From NCBI GenBank assembly GCA_017449935.1, contig JAFSYP010000066.1, positions 2,934 to 66,933 of the forward strand: a DNA stretch of 64,000 bases. The letters run 5' to 3'. Shown here piece after piece: positions 20,272 through 28,995 of the stretch (position 1 is the stretch's first letter; each line of letters begins with the position of its first letter). The DNA comes from Clostridia bacterium. Lineage in GTDB: Bacteria > Bacillota > Clostridia > Oscillospirales > Acutalibacteraceae. The position numbers and the translations under genes were made by a program. The notes beneath the pieces were generated by a model. It was not told the DNA's origin. It made no database searches and was given only the letters and a program-made list of their open reading frames with translations.

Positions 20272-20967
20272 ATGAAAAACAAAGGCACATTCATTATGGC
20301 TTCGGTCGGCGGCTTTCTGACGGCTCTGCTGATCGTACTGATCCGCTTCGTCGACGTCGCGCCGATCGGACCGCAGGGGACCGCGATCGGTCTGTCGCAC
20401 CTGAACCGGTTCATCTTCGACTTGTTCGGCGTCCGTATGATCTGGTATACGATCACCGACTGGCTCGGCGTTGCTGCGGTTTTGACGGCGTGCCTGTTTG
20501 CGGCGCTCGGCTTTGTTCAGCTCGTCAAAAGGAAGAGCCTGTTCAAGGTCGACAAAGAGATCCTTCTTCTCGGCGCGCTCTACATAGTTCTGATCGGGCT
20601 TTACGTTCTGTTCGAGCGCGTGATCGTAAATTACAGACCGATCATCCTTCCGGGCGGCACGCATCCGGAGGCGTCGTTCCCGTCGTCGCATACGCTGATG
20701 GTATGCGCGGTCATGGGAAGCGCGTGCATGCTGATGAAGAAATATATCAAAAACAAAACGCTGCGTACGGCGCTGCAGGCGTTTTGCGCGGTCGTGATCG
20801 GCGTCACCGTGATCGGGAGGCTGATCTCGGGGGTGCACTGGTTCACGGACATTGTCGGAGGGATCCTGATCAGCTCGACCTTGCTGACGGTCTATGCCGG
20901 CGTGAAAACGGACGTCGTTTTCCCCCGGCGCTGTCTTGCCGGCGGCCGGAACGTCGAACTGAGATAA
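20272..20967 (+). CDS. PAP2-family phosphatase
   Basis: Motifs FPSSHT and R-x5-H-x3-D (RLISGVHWFTD) are present. I chose the start MKNKG at 20272; the listed ORF starts at 20221. Confidence 0.8.
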   Translation: MKNKGTFIMASVGGFLTALLIVLIRFVDVAPIGPQGTAIGLSHLNRFIFDLFGVRMIWYTITDWLGVAAVLTACLFAALGFVQLVKRKSLFKVDKEILLLGALYIVLIGLYVLFERVIVNYRPIILPGGTHPEASFPSSHTLMVCAVMGSACMLMKKYIKNKTLRTALQAFCAVVIGVTVIGRLISGVHWFTDIVGGILISSTLLTVYAGVKTDVVFPRRCLAGGRNVELR

Positions 20968-21088
20968 GAACGTGTGGGACGGCGATACGCGTAAGACAAT
21001 ATAGATCTGAATTGACCGCTTTGGTTTATCGGGCAGACGAACGCATGGACGGCCCGTTCAAACAGCGTATTCTTCTGCTTGACGCTGT

Positions 21089-21105
21089 CCGATTTGTCAA
21101 ATCGG
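21089..21105. promoter_or_regulatory. Perfect 17-bp palindrome CCGATTTG-T-CAAATCGG upstream of the sucrose PTS promoter
   Basis: I read this directly from the sequence. Its centre is about 70 nt upstream of the inferred transcription start, and no cognate regulator lies in the window. Confidence 0.3.
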
Positions 21106-21132
21106 CGGGGCGTGGATTGTACAGAATGTCAA

Positions 21133-21161
21133 TTGATTTTTTCTCCCGTCTATGCTAAACT
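21133..21161 (+). promoter_or_regulatory. Promoter candidate for the scr/pts operon (TTGATT-17-TAAACT, TG-extended)
   Basis: TTGATT lies at 21133-21138 and TGcTAAACT ends at 21161. Confidence 0.45.
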
Positions 21162-21175
21162 GAATATACACTGTG

Positions 21176-21223
21176 AAACCGATACCGCAAGTCCTGTAAA
21201 AACGCTTTGCGGTATCGGTTTTT
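21176..21223 (+). terminator. Terminator-like hairpin in the scrA leader (a possible attenuator, or the terminator of the upstream PAP2 gene)
   Basis: A perfect 15-bp stem forms between AAACCGATACCGCAA (21176-21190) and TTGCGGTATCGGTTT (21207-21221). It runs into a stretch of 5 T and lies 27 nt before the scrA ATG. Confidence 0.5.
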
Positions 21224-21249
21224 CAAAACCAAAAAAAGGAGATGTATGC

Positions 21250-23145
21250 ATGGATTACAAAAAAAGTGCGGCGGAGATCCTGCGCACGATCGGCGGCAAA
21301 GAGAACATTATCAGCGCCGCGCACTGCGCGACCCGTCTGCGTCTGGTGATCGCGGACAACGCCAAGGTCGACAAGCCCGTCCTCGAAAATGTGGACGTTG
21401 TCAAGGGCGTGTTTGAGGCGGCAGGTCAGCTGCAGGTCATCATCGGCACCGGTACGGTCAACAAGGTGTATGACGAATTCATTCAGCTTGCCGGCGTAGA
21501 CGCGGCGTCCAAGGACGACGTCAAAGCGGCGGCGGCGAACAAGGCGCCCTGGTTCAAAAGAGCGATCAAGACCATCGGCGACATTTTCGTCCCGATCATC
21601 CCCGCGATCGTGGCGACCGGTCTTCTGTGCGGACTGCTCGGAGGCCTGACAAAGGCGTTCCCCTCCATGGCGGACACGCACCTGTTCACGCTGCTCGACA
21701 TGTTTTCCAATGCAGCGCTCACGTTCCTGCCGATCCTGATTGCGGTCAGCGCGGCAAAGATATTCGGCGCCAACGTCTATCTCGGCGCCGTGATCGGCAT
21801 GATCATGATCCATCCGAACCTCATAAACGCTTGGTCGGTGGGCGATGGGCAGGGTCTGCCTGTCCTTTGGTCCTGGTTCGGCGCGTGGAACATCCATGCT
21901 ACGGGTTATCAGGGTCACGTGATCCCCGTTGTGATCGCGGTGTTACTGCTTTCGGTGATCGAAAAATGGCTGCACAAACGCGTGCCCGAAATGCTGGACC
22001 TGTTTGTCACCCCGCTCGTATCTGTCCTGGTCACGGGATTCCTCACCATGACGGTGATCGGTCCGATTTTCTCCCAGCTGGAAACGTGGGTGCTGACCGG
22101 CGCGCAGTGGCTCATCTCCATTCCGTTCGGGATCGGTTCGTTCCTGATGGGCGCAGCATATGCGCCGACGGTCGTGGCCGGCGTGCACCATATGTATAAC
22201 GCCATTGAGCTTTCGATGCTTGCCGACAGTGGGCAGAACATCTGGATGCCAATTGCAACGGCCGCCAACGTCGCCCAGGGCGCGGCTGCGCTCGCGGTCG
22301 GCGTCAAGACACGCAACAAGAAGATCAAATCCATGGCGCTGCCCGCCTCTCTGTCCGCGTTCCTCGGCATCACGGAGCCGGCGATCTTCGGCGTCAACCT
22401 GCGCTTTGTCAAGCCTCTGGTCGCCGGTATGATCGGCGGCGCGTGCGGCGCTGCCGTGGCTTCCGTCACAAAGGTCTACGCGACGGCAAACGGCGTGACG
22501 GGCGTTTTCGGATTCCTGATCACCACCGAGAGCTTCTTCGGTTATCTGCTGACATTCGTCGTGGCGACCGCCGTTGCGTTTGTCGTATCGTGGCTGCTGT
22601 ACCGCGACAAGCCGGAGGACGCCGCGTCCGCGCCTGAGGCGGAAGCGCCCGCCGAACCGGTCGCCGTCAAAGCGGGCGCCGAGCTGGACGACGCGTGCGT
22701 GTATGCGCCGATGAAGGGTAAAGCGATCCCGCTGTCCGAAGTCCCTGACGAAACCTTTGCTTCGGAAGTGCTGGGCAAGGGCGCCGCGATCGAACCGGCC
22801 GAGGGCAAAGTCGTCGCGCCGGCCGCAGGCGTCGTCAGCACGCTGTTCGATACGCACCACGCGATCGGACTGACGCTCGACAACGGGATGGAACTGCTGA
22901 TCCACATCGGCGTCAATACGGTCGAACTGAACGGCGAAGGGTACGAAGCGCACATTGCGGAGGACGAACATTTTACGGTCGGTCAGACGCTGATTACATT
23001 TGACAAGGCGCTGATCGAAAGCAAGGGCTACCCGACCGTGACGCCGGTCATCATCACCAACCCCGACGATTACGAGAGCATCGTGCAGACAGCCGACGGC
23101 GAAGTCGACTACCTTGACAAGCTGCTCGAAACCACCAAGGCATGA
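21250..23145 (+). CDS. scrA: PTS sucrose-type transporter, fused EIIB-EIIC-EIIA
   Basis: The start is MDYKK at 21250, after AAGGAG. The EIIB Cys motif is AAHCATRLRL, followed by an EIIC membrane core and a C-terminal EIIA(Glc-like) domain. Confidence 0.9.
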   Translation: MDYKKSAAEILRTIGGKENIISAAHCATRLRLVIADNAKVDKPVLENVDVVKGVFEAAGQLQVIIGTGTVNKVYDEFIQLAGVDAASKDDVKAAAANKAPWFKRAIKTIGDIFVPIIPAIVATGLLCGLLGGLTKAFPSMADTHLFTLLDMFSNAALTFLPILIAVSAAKIFGANVYLGAVIGMIMIHPNLINAWSVGDGQGLPVLWSWFGAWNIHATGYQGHVIPVVIAVLLLSVIEKWLHKRVPEMLDLFVTPLVSVLVTGFLTMTVIGPIFSQLETWVLTGAQWLISIPFGIGSFLMGAAYAPTVVAGVHHMYNAIELSMLADSGQNIWMPIATAANVAQGAAALAVGVKTRNKKIKSMALPASLSAFLGITEPAIFGVNLRFVKPLVAGMIGGACGAAVASVTKVYATANGVTGVFGFLITTESFFGYLLTFVVATAVAFVVSWLLYRDKPEDAASAPEAEAPAEPVAVKAGAELDDACVYAPMKGKAIPLSEVPDETFASEVLGKGAAIEPAEGKVVAPAAGVVSTLFDTHHAIGLTLDNGMELLIHIGVNTVELNGEGYEAHIAEDEHFTVGQTLITFDKALIESKGYPTVTPVIITNPDDYESIVQTADGEVDYLDKLLETTKA

Positions 23146-24473
23146 GCGCGGCAAACGCGCGCTGGCGGCAAAAGCTGCATCTGGAGCCGCCGCAGGGCTG
23201 GATGAACGACCCGAACGGTCTTTGTTTCTATAAAGGCAGCTGTCACGTGTATTTCCAGTATTCGCCGATGGGCGCCCGCGGAGAGCCGCCGCGCGGCTGG
23301 GGGCACTTCACGTCGCCCGATCTGCTGCGCTGGACGTTCACCGGCATGGCGCTGCAGCCGGATATTCCGGAGGACAGAAACGGCGCGTATTCCGGCAGCG
23401 CGATCGAACGGGACGGCCTGCTGCATCTGTTCTACACGGGCAATGTCAAGGAAGCGGGCGACTATGACTACATCTTGCGCGGCAGAGGCGCCAACGTCAT
23501 CCGCGTCACGACCGCGGACGGCGTCGAGATGTCGCCGAAAGAAGTGCTGCTGCGCAACAGCGATTATCCCGCGTTCTGTTCGTGCCATGTGCGCGATCCG
23601 AAGGTGTGGGAGGAGGACGGCGTATTCCGCATGATCCTCGGCGCGCGGACGGTCGACAGCCGCGGCTGCGCGCTGCTGTACACGTCGGACGACCTGACGC
23701 ATTGGCAGTATGACCGCTGTCTTTCACTGCCCGATACCGGCTACATGTGGGAGTGCCCGGATCTGTTCACGCTGGGCGATACAGCGTATCTGAGCGTATC
23801 GCCGCAGGGCGTCCCCGCCGAAACATACCGTTTCCAGAACGTGTATTCCTGCGGATATTTCCGCATGGACGGCGACACGCCGACACAGTATATGGAGTGG
23901 GACTGCGGATTCGATTTCTACGCGCCGCAGACGTTCCTTGCGCCGGACGGCAGACGGCTGCTGATCGGCTGGATGGGCATCGGCGACATCCCGTACGCCA
24001 ACCCCACCGTTCCGCTCGGCTGGCAGCACTGTCTGACGCTGCCGCGTGAAGTCAAGCAAGGTTCAGACGGCGTTCTGCTGCAATCGCCCGTGCGGGAACT
24101 GGATGCGCTGCGGGAAGACGCGCTGCCGCTGCAAAACGGCACATACAGTCTGCCGTTCGATCTGTGCGCACAAGCGGACCGCGATTTCCGCCTTTCGCTT
24201 GAGGGCGTACAGATGCAGTTTGCGGACGGCGTGTTCACGCTTCGCTTTACCGACGACGCAGTCGGCTGCGGACGCACGGTGCGCCGTGCCAAGCTGCCGC
24301 AGTGCCGGTCAATCCGCGTGATCGCCGACACGTCCTCGCTGGAGATCTATCTCGATGGCGGACGGACGGTCCTGTCGATGCGCTGGTATCCCGCCGCGAC
24401 GCAGACCGCGCTTTGCGCGGAGAGCCTCACAGGCAGTCTGTACCCCCTGTGCGGGATGCAGATCGACTATTAA
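23142..24473 (+). CDS. scrB: Sucrose-6-phosphate hydrolase (GH32)
   Basis: GH32 motifs WMNDPNGL, RDPKV and WECPD are present. The start overlaps the scrA stop (ATGA). Confidence 0.9.
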   Translation: MSAANARWRQKLHLEPPQGWMNDPNGLCFYKGSCHVYFQYSPMGARGEPPRGWGHFTSPDLLRWTFTGMALQPDIPEDRNGAYSGSAIERDGLLHLFYTGNVKEAGDYDYILRGRGANVIRVTTADGVEMSPKEVLLRNSDYPAFCSCHVRDPKVWEEDGVFRMILGARTVDSRGCALLYTSDDLTHWQYDRCLSLPDTGYMWECPDLFTLGDTAYLSVSPQGVPAETYRFQNVYSCGYFRMDGDTPTQYMEWDCGFDFYAPQTFLAPDGRRLLIGWMGIGDIPYANPTVPLGWQHCLTLPREVKQGSDGVLLQSPVRELDALREDALPLQNGTYSLPFDLCAQADRDFRLSLEGVQMQFADGVFTLRFTDDAVGCGRTVRRAKLPQCRSIRVIADTSSLEIYLDGGRTVLSMRWYPAATQTALCAESLTGSLYPLCGMQIDY

Positions 24474-24508
24474 GTCAATACAATATTCAAATAAAAGGAG
24501 TAATCATC

Positions 24509-24766
24509 ATGAAAACATTCACCTACACCATTCAGGACGCCGTCGGTATCCACGCAAGGCCCGCAGGTCTTTTGGCGAAGCTCGCCAAGGAGTTCTCCAG
24601 CACGGTCCTGCTCGAAAAGGGCGAAAAGTCCGTCAACGTCACCAAGCTCATGATGCTCATGGGTATGGGAATCAAGTGCGGCGACACCGTCACGTTCAAG
24701 ATCGAGGGCGACGATGAAGAAGCCGCCGCAAAGGCGATCGAGGAATTCATGACCGCAAACCTGTAA
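24509..24766 (+). CDS. ptsH: Phosphocarrier protein HPr
   Basis: This is an 85-aa ORF after AAAGGAG. The His15 motif GIHARPAG is present. Position 46 is Lys (T45-K46), not Ser. Confidence 0.9.
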   Translation: MKTFTYTIQDAVGIHARPAGLLAKLAKEFSSTVLLEKGEKSVNVTKLMMLMGMGIKCGDTVTFKIEGDDEEAAAKAIEEFMTANL

Positions 24767-24783
24767 AGAGGAGGCGTCACGAT

Positions 24784-26424
24784 ATGACGACATTTCAGGG
24801 CAAGGGCGTCTACGGCGCGATCGCGATCGGCATAGTCTCCGTATTCAAGCGGCAGGACGCCGTGGTGCGGCGCGAACATGTGGACGACCCTGCCGCAGAG
24901 CTGAAACGGCTCGAAGACGCCAAAGCTGCGGCGCTCGCGCAGCTTGCGGAGATCTATGAAAAAGCGCTGCGGGAAGTCGGAGAAGCCAATGCGCAGATCT
25001 TTGAGATCCACCAGATGATGCTCGAAGACGACGACTACAACGAGTCTATTTCGCAGATCATCGAAACCCAGGCAGTCAACGCGGAATACGCCGTGTCCGT
25101 AACGGCGCAGACGTTCGCCGAAATGTTCGCTTCGATGGACGACGCCTATATGCAGGCGCGCGCCGCGGACGTCAAGGATATTTCCAACCGCCTGATCGCG
25201 TGCCTCTCCGGCGCCGACGCCGCGTCGGATGCGGCGGACGGCAAAATGATCGTCTGCGCGGACGATCTCGCCCCGAGCGAAACGGTATCGCTCGACAAGG
25301 AGCGCGTGCTCGCGTTCGTGACGGCGTTCGGTTCGTCCAATTCGCACACGGCGATCCTCGCGCGCAACATGAATATCCCTGCCGTCATCCGCGTGGGCGA
25401 GGCGTTTCTCGATGCGATCCGTGACGGCGACAGGCTGATCGTGGACGGCTACACGGGCGAAGTGATCCTCGACCCGGACGACGTGACGCTTGCGGCAAAA
25501 ACGGAGAAGCAATCGCAGGATCTTGCCAAAAAAGCGATGCTGCGCGAGCTCAAGGGCAAGGAGAACGTCACGCTCGACGGCACGAAGGTCAGCATCTTCG
25601 CCAACATCGGCGGCGTGGACGGCCTCGGCCCCGCGCTTGCCAACGACGCGGGCGGCATCGGTCTGTTCCGCAGCGAGTTTCTGTATCTTGAGAGCGACAC
25701 ATACCCGACCGAGGAGCAGCAGTTCGCCGCCTACCGCAAGGTGCTTGAAGGCATGGCGGGCAAGAAGGTCATCATCCGCACGCTCGACATCGGCGCGGAC
25801 AAACAGATCGACTATTTCAAGCTCGACAAGGAGGAAAACCCCGCGCTGGGCTTCCGTGCAATTCGCATCTGCCTGACGCGGCCGGAGATCTTCCGCACAC
25901 AGCTTCGCGCGCTGTACCGCGCGTCGGCGTTCGGCAACCTTGGCATCATGTTCCCGATGATTACGAGCGTGTCCGAGGTGCAGCAGATCCTGGCGATTTG
26001 CGACTCGGTCAAAGAGGAGCTGCGCAGCGAAGACATTCCCGTCGGCGAAAAGGTGGAGATCGGCATCATGATCGAAACGCCCGCCGCCGCCGTCATCAGC
26101 GACCGTCTCGCGCCGCTGGTCGATTTCTTCAGCGTCGGCACCAACGACCTGACGCAGTATACGCTCGCGTGCGACCGCCAGAACGCGCTGCTCGAGCCGT
26201 TCTGCGACACGCATCATGAAGCTGTGCTGCGGCTGATCGAGCTGTCCGCGCAGAACGCGCACAAGCACGGCGCGTGGATCGGCATCTGCGGAGAACTGGC
26301 AGCGGATACGACGCTGACCGAAGCATTCCTGCGCATGGGCATCGACGAGTTGTCCGTTTCCGCGCCGTTTGTGCTGCCGCTGCGCGGCGCCGTTCGTGCG
26401 CTCGACCTTTCCGCGAACGCGTAA
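24784..26424 (+). CDS. ptsI: Phosphoenolpyruvate-protein phosphotransferase (Enzyme I)
   Basis: The architecture is full-length EI (546 aa), with GSSNSHTAILARNMNIPAV and a PEP-utilising C-terminal domain. Confidence 0.95.
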   Translation: MTTFQGKGVYGAIAIGIVSVFKRQDAVVRREHVDDPAAELKRLEDAKAAALAQLAEIYEKALREVGEANAQIFEIHQMMLEDDDYNESISQIIETQAVNAEYAVSVTAQTFAEMFASMDDAYMQARAADVKDISNRLIACLSGADAASDAADGKMIVCADDLAPSETVSLDKERVLAFVTAFGSSNSHTAILARNMNIPAVIRVGEAFLDAIRDGDRLIVDGYTGEVILDPDDVTLAAKTEKQSQDLAKKAMLRELKGKENVTLDGTKVSIFANIGGVDGLGPALANDAGGIGLFRSEFLYLESDTYPTEEQQFAAYRKVLEGMAGKKVIIRTLDIGADKQIDYFKLDKEENPALGFRAIRICLTRPEIFRTQLRALYRASAFGNLGIMFPMITSVSEVQQILAICDSVKEELRSEDIPVGEKVEIGIMIETPAAAVISDRLAPLVDFFSVGTNDLTQYTLACDRQNALLEPFCDTHHEAVLRLIELSAQNAHKHGAWIGICGELAADTTLTEAFLRMGIDELSVSAPFVLPLRGAVRALDLSANA

Positions 26425-26727
26425 AGAAAGACGTCCGCTTTTCGGGTGGACGCCGAACGATCGCCGTTCTCTCTCATCAATTGAATGATCCTATGGGACT
26501 GTAAAACAGCGCCAAGAAAGCCGAGAGTCACTTTAAACGGTGCGTCTCGGCTTTTGAATTCAGAAGCATTAAATAAATGTCTACTTCATTCAACGGAAAG
26601 AAAAAAGTGTGCGTATTTGTGCGTATTTGTTTTGCGGGGAGTTTTATCGGACAGCATTTTTGGTATCCTGGGCTTGCCGAACAGGTCAAGCGGAGCGCGT
26701 GCGTCTTTGCGGAAAGGAGATCCGGAT

Positions 26728-27318
26728 ATGGAACAGTTGACCGCGTCTGTCGAAAACCTTTCTCTTCATAAAAAAGGGATGGAGAAATATGCCTGCATCA
26801 TGCGTCAGGTCCGGGCGACGAACGTTTCCTCGGACGAGGACTTTCAAAGAACATTCGCCGGGTTTTACAAAGTCCGCAGGAATGCGGCGTGGCGTAAAGC
26901 CTATTTTGATTTGTTTGAGGCAAACAAGCATGACCGGGATGTGAGCTTTGCATCCATCCTGCGAAGCATGTTCGGATCTACCGGACGGATCGAGGCGTCC
27001 TTTTCGAGCAAAATGCTCGCGACACTCCGTCCGGAGATGCCCATTTGGGACAGTATTGTGCTTGCCGCACTGCATGTAAAACCCTGTCGGGATTCCGACA
27101 AGCAGAAAAGACTGGAACGGACGATAGAGCTTTACGATTCGATTGTATGCCGGTATGACAGGTTTGCGTCTCTTCCGGAATCCGATGCCCTCGTGCGGGC
27201 GTTCGACGCCGCGTTTCCGGAATACGTCGGGTTCTCGAAAACGAAGAAGATCGATTTTCTGATTTGGGGCGGCGGCGCCGATCCCTTTGCCGAAACGGAG
27301 GATCACAGCCGTGCGTGA
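26728..27318 (+). CDS. Hypothetical protein (196 aa)
   Basis: The ATG at 26728 is preceded by AAAGGAGA. The listed longer ORF start at 26485 is unlikely. I recognise no domain. Confidence 0.6.
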   Translation: MEQLTASVENLSLHKKGMEKYACIMRQVRATNVSSDEDFQRTFAGFYKVRRNAAWRKAYFDLFEANKHDRDVSFASILRSMFGSTGRIEASFSSKMLATLRPEMPIWDSIVLAALHVKPCRDSDKQKRLERTIELYDSIVCRYDRFASLPESDALVRAFDAAFPEYVGFSKTKKIDFLIWGGGADPFAETEDHSRA

Positions 27319-27463
27319 CGATTTTATGGACTACATGCTTCTGCTCGACGATGACGAGGAGGACGAACCCAAGCCCGGCGAAAAGCCCGGCTGCGGATGT
27401 CTGCCGATGCTGGCGATCGGTATTCTGATCCTCGTGCTTTTGCTCACATTCGGAAACGGGTGA
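27311..27463 (+). CDS. Candidate small tail-anchored membrane peptide (50 aa)
   Basis: The GTG at 27311 lies 8 nt after GGAGGA and overlaps the upstream stop by 8 nt. The translation is VRDDFMDYMLLLDDDEEDEPKPGEKPGCGCLPMLAIGILILVLLLTFGNG: an acidic N-terminus followed by one hydrophobic helix. It is absent from the ORF track because it is shorter than 60 aa. Confidence 0.4.
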   Translation: MRDDFMDYMLLLDDDEEDEPKPGEKPGCGCLPMLAIGILILVLLLTFGNG

Positions 27464-27658
27464 TTTACAAATATAGAAAAATCTGAAACACGAGGAAGTT
27501 GATCGATGAGGCACAGGAATATCTGGATGATGAGATCATCAAAACACTTTGAGCACAACGCGTCTTTGTACGCGTCCCGCAAAAAGGTTCATCACGAATG
27601 ATTTGAGGGACACATCCGTGCCGGAGAAACCGGCACATGTACTTGTTCCGCTGAATTC

Positions 27659-27705
27659 AAAAGGGGCTGTCGCCGTAGGATTCTCCTACTTGCGACAGCC
27701 CTTTT
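27659..27705. terminator. Bidirectional intrinsic terminator between convergent units
   Basis: AAAAGGGGCTGTCGC (27659-27673) pairs with GCGACAGCCCTTTT (27692-27705). The A and T runs give a U-tract on both strands. Confidence 0.6.
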
Positions 27706-27865
27706 GATGTGAAAGCACTCCGACTTTGATAGAACAACGATAGGGGTGCAGCTTGTATTGCGGCTGATTCAACAGACAGATACCATTATAAAACAGGGAA
27801 GAACTCGTTTGCCGATCAATGCGCTGTCGTCAAACAAATCGTTCTGCTGCGTCAGATATTTGTCA

Positions 27866-28780
27866 TCATTTGTTGTTATTCCAAATGCTTGCCATGCAGG
27901 CTTTGACGGTAGTATTAGCTCCCGAAAGATTTATCATTTCCATGACCGTCTCTTTCGGCAAAGATCGATAGTGTTTCAAAAAATCATTTTTTGATTTAAA
28001 ACGTGCTCTGTATTCTGAGTAGGTAGCGCCTGCTGTTATCGGTTTCTGGCACATTCTTTTTTCTTTCCATATGCCGGACAGCATTGTTGAAAAAGCATTC
28101 TGTATCATTTTTGCATGTTCCGGCGATGCCGGAATGGCAAAGTAGTCTCTGACAGAAAATCGAGGAAAAGTTATTGTGAATAGTTCTGTATCTCGCAGAG
28201 TTTCAGGAATCTTTTCACGAAGGCGACTTTCAATTTCACGAAAATACTCCAATTCGTTTTTTCTGCTTCTGTGGTTGTAAATCAGGACACTTTGTTTAGC
28301 ATCCAAGTAATATGCGACTTCTTCATAATAAGCATATTTGACACTGCGCGGACTGCCCTTTTTAGCCGAAGGAACAAGAAGTCCGTTGTCAGGATCCAGA
28401 AAAATCAGATCCGCGTTGTTTTTCCTGAAGAAAGACAGTGCATTTGCATGCCAAGCCTCACGGTTGTCAACCGGAACCGTATCGCTGAAGAAAGCTGCGC
28501 CAGGTATCAAATCGGCTTTCTCGAGCGCACGGATAGAACGGTCGTCACTCTTGGCAATTTTCGTGAGTTTTTCTGCAAGAACAGGATCGCATTCTTTTAG
28601 TTCCTGTGAAATGCCGTATGCTCCGTCATTCTGCTTATATCCTCCGTTTCTTTTTATTTCGAAAGCAAGAGGCTCTGTCTTATACCAGTTTACTCCTATT
28701 GACAAACCCTGATTATGCAATTCTTTCAGCAAAGCAATTTTACCGTAATCCCCTATATCGCCGGCATATCTATCCTGCAT
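27866..28780 (-). CDS. Hypothetical protein (304 aa), an orphan gene in an AT-rich islet
   Basis: The ATG at 28780 follows AAAGGTGA. Motifs YAGDIGDYGK (N-terminus) and LIFLDPDNGL are present. I can assign no family with confidence. Confidence 0.75.
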   Translation of the reverse strand: MQDRYAGDIGDYGKIALLKELHNQGLSIGVNWYKTEPLAFEIKRNGGYKQNDGAYGISQELKECDPVLAEKLTKIAKSDDRSIRALEKADLIPGAAFFSDTVPVDNREAWHANALSFFRKNNADLIFLDPDNGLLVPSAKKGSPRSVKYAYYEEVAYYLDAKQSVLIYNHRSRKNELEYFREIESRLREKIPETLRDTELFTITFPRFSVRDYFAIPASPEHAKMIQNAFSTMLSGIWKEKRMCQKPITAGATYSEYRARFKSKNDFLKHYRSLPKETVMEMINLSGANTTVKACMASIWNNNK

Positions 28781-28854
28781 ATTTCAATTTCACCTTTCTT
28801 TAATGTAATAATGAAGGAGCGTGGTGTCGATGAACAAGTCCGGTAGGTAAGAAT

Positions 28855-28883
28855 AGTATACTCAGCGAAATTTCTGTTGTCAA
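28855..28883 (-). promoter_or_regulatory. Near-consensus promoter TTGACA-17-TATACT for the 304-aa gene
   Basis: On the minus strand the sequence reads TTGACAacagaaatttcgctgagTATACT, about 70 nt upstream of the ATG. Confidence 0.55.
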
Positions 28884-28995
28884 CATAGAGTTCAATGACT
28901 GATCAACTTCTTTTCCAACAATTATCTGCCGCATTATTCCAACTCAACAAATAAACAATAGGGTGCATTTTGACAACAAAACCGCATAGAAACAC

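Noticed and set aside
21112-21135. GGATTGTAC..., which resembles the start of a BglG/SacY RAT antiterminator target.
   Set aside because: Only the first 7-8 nt resemble the RAT consensus. It lies upstream of the inferred promoter and does not overlap the terminator hairpin. No PRD antiterminator gene is in the window.
26560-26640. The short tandem duplication GCGTATTTGT GCGTATTTGT and the longer listed ORF start at 26485.
   Set aside because: The duplication is a two-unit 10-bp repeat with no further copies. The upstream extension of the ORF has no ribosome-binding site and a low-complexity translation. The ATG at 26728, which has a strong ribosome-binding site, is preferred.
27506-27601. 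A 31-codon basic ORF (MRHRNIWMMRSSKHFEHNASLYASRKKVHHE) after GAGGAAG, in the islet between the two-gene module and the terminators.
   Set aside because: It is short, shows no conservation evidence and has a composition typical of random AT-rich sequence. I note it only in case homologs turn up.
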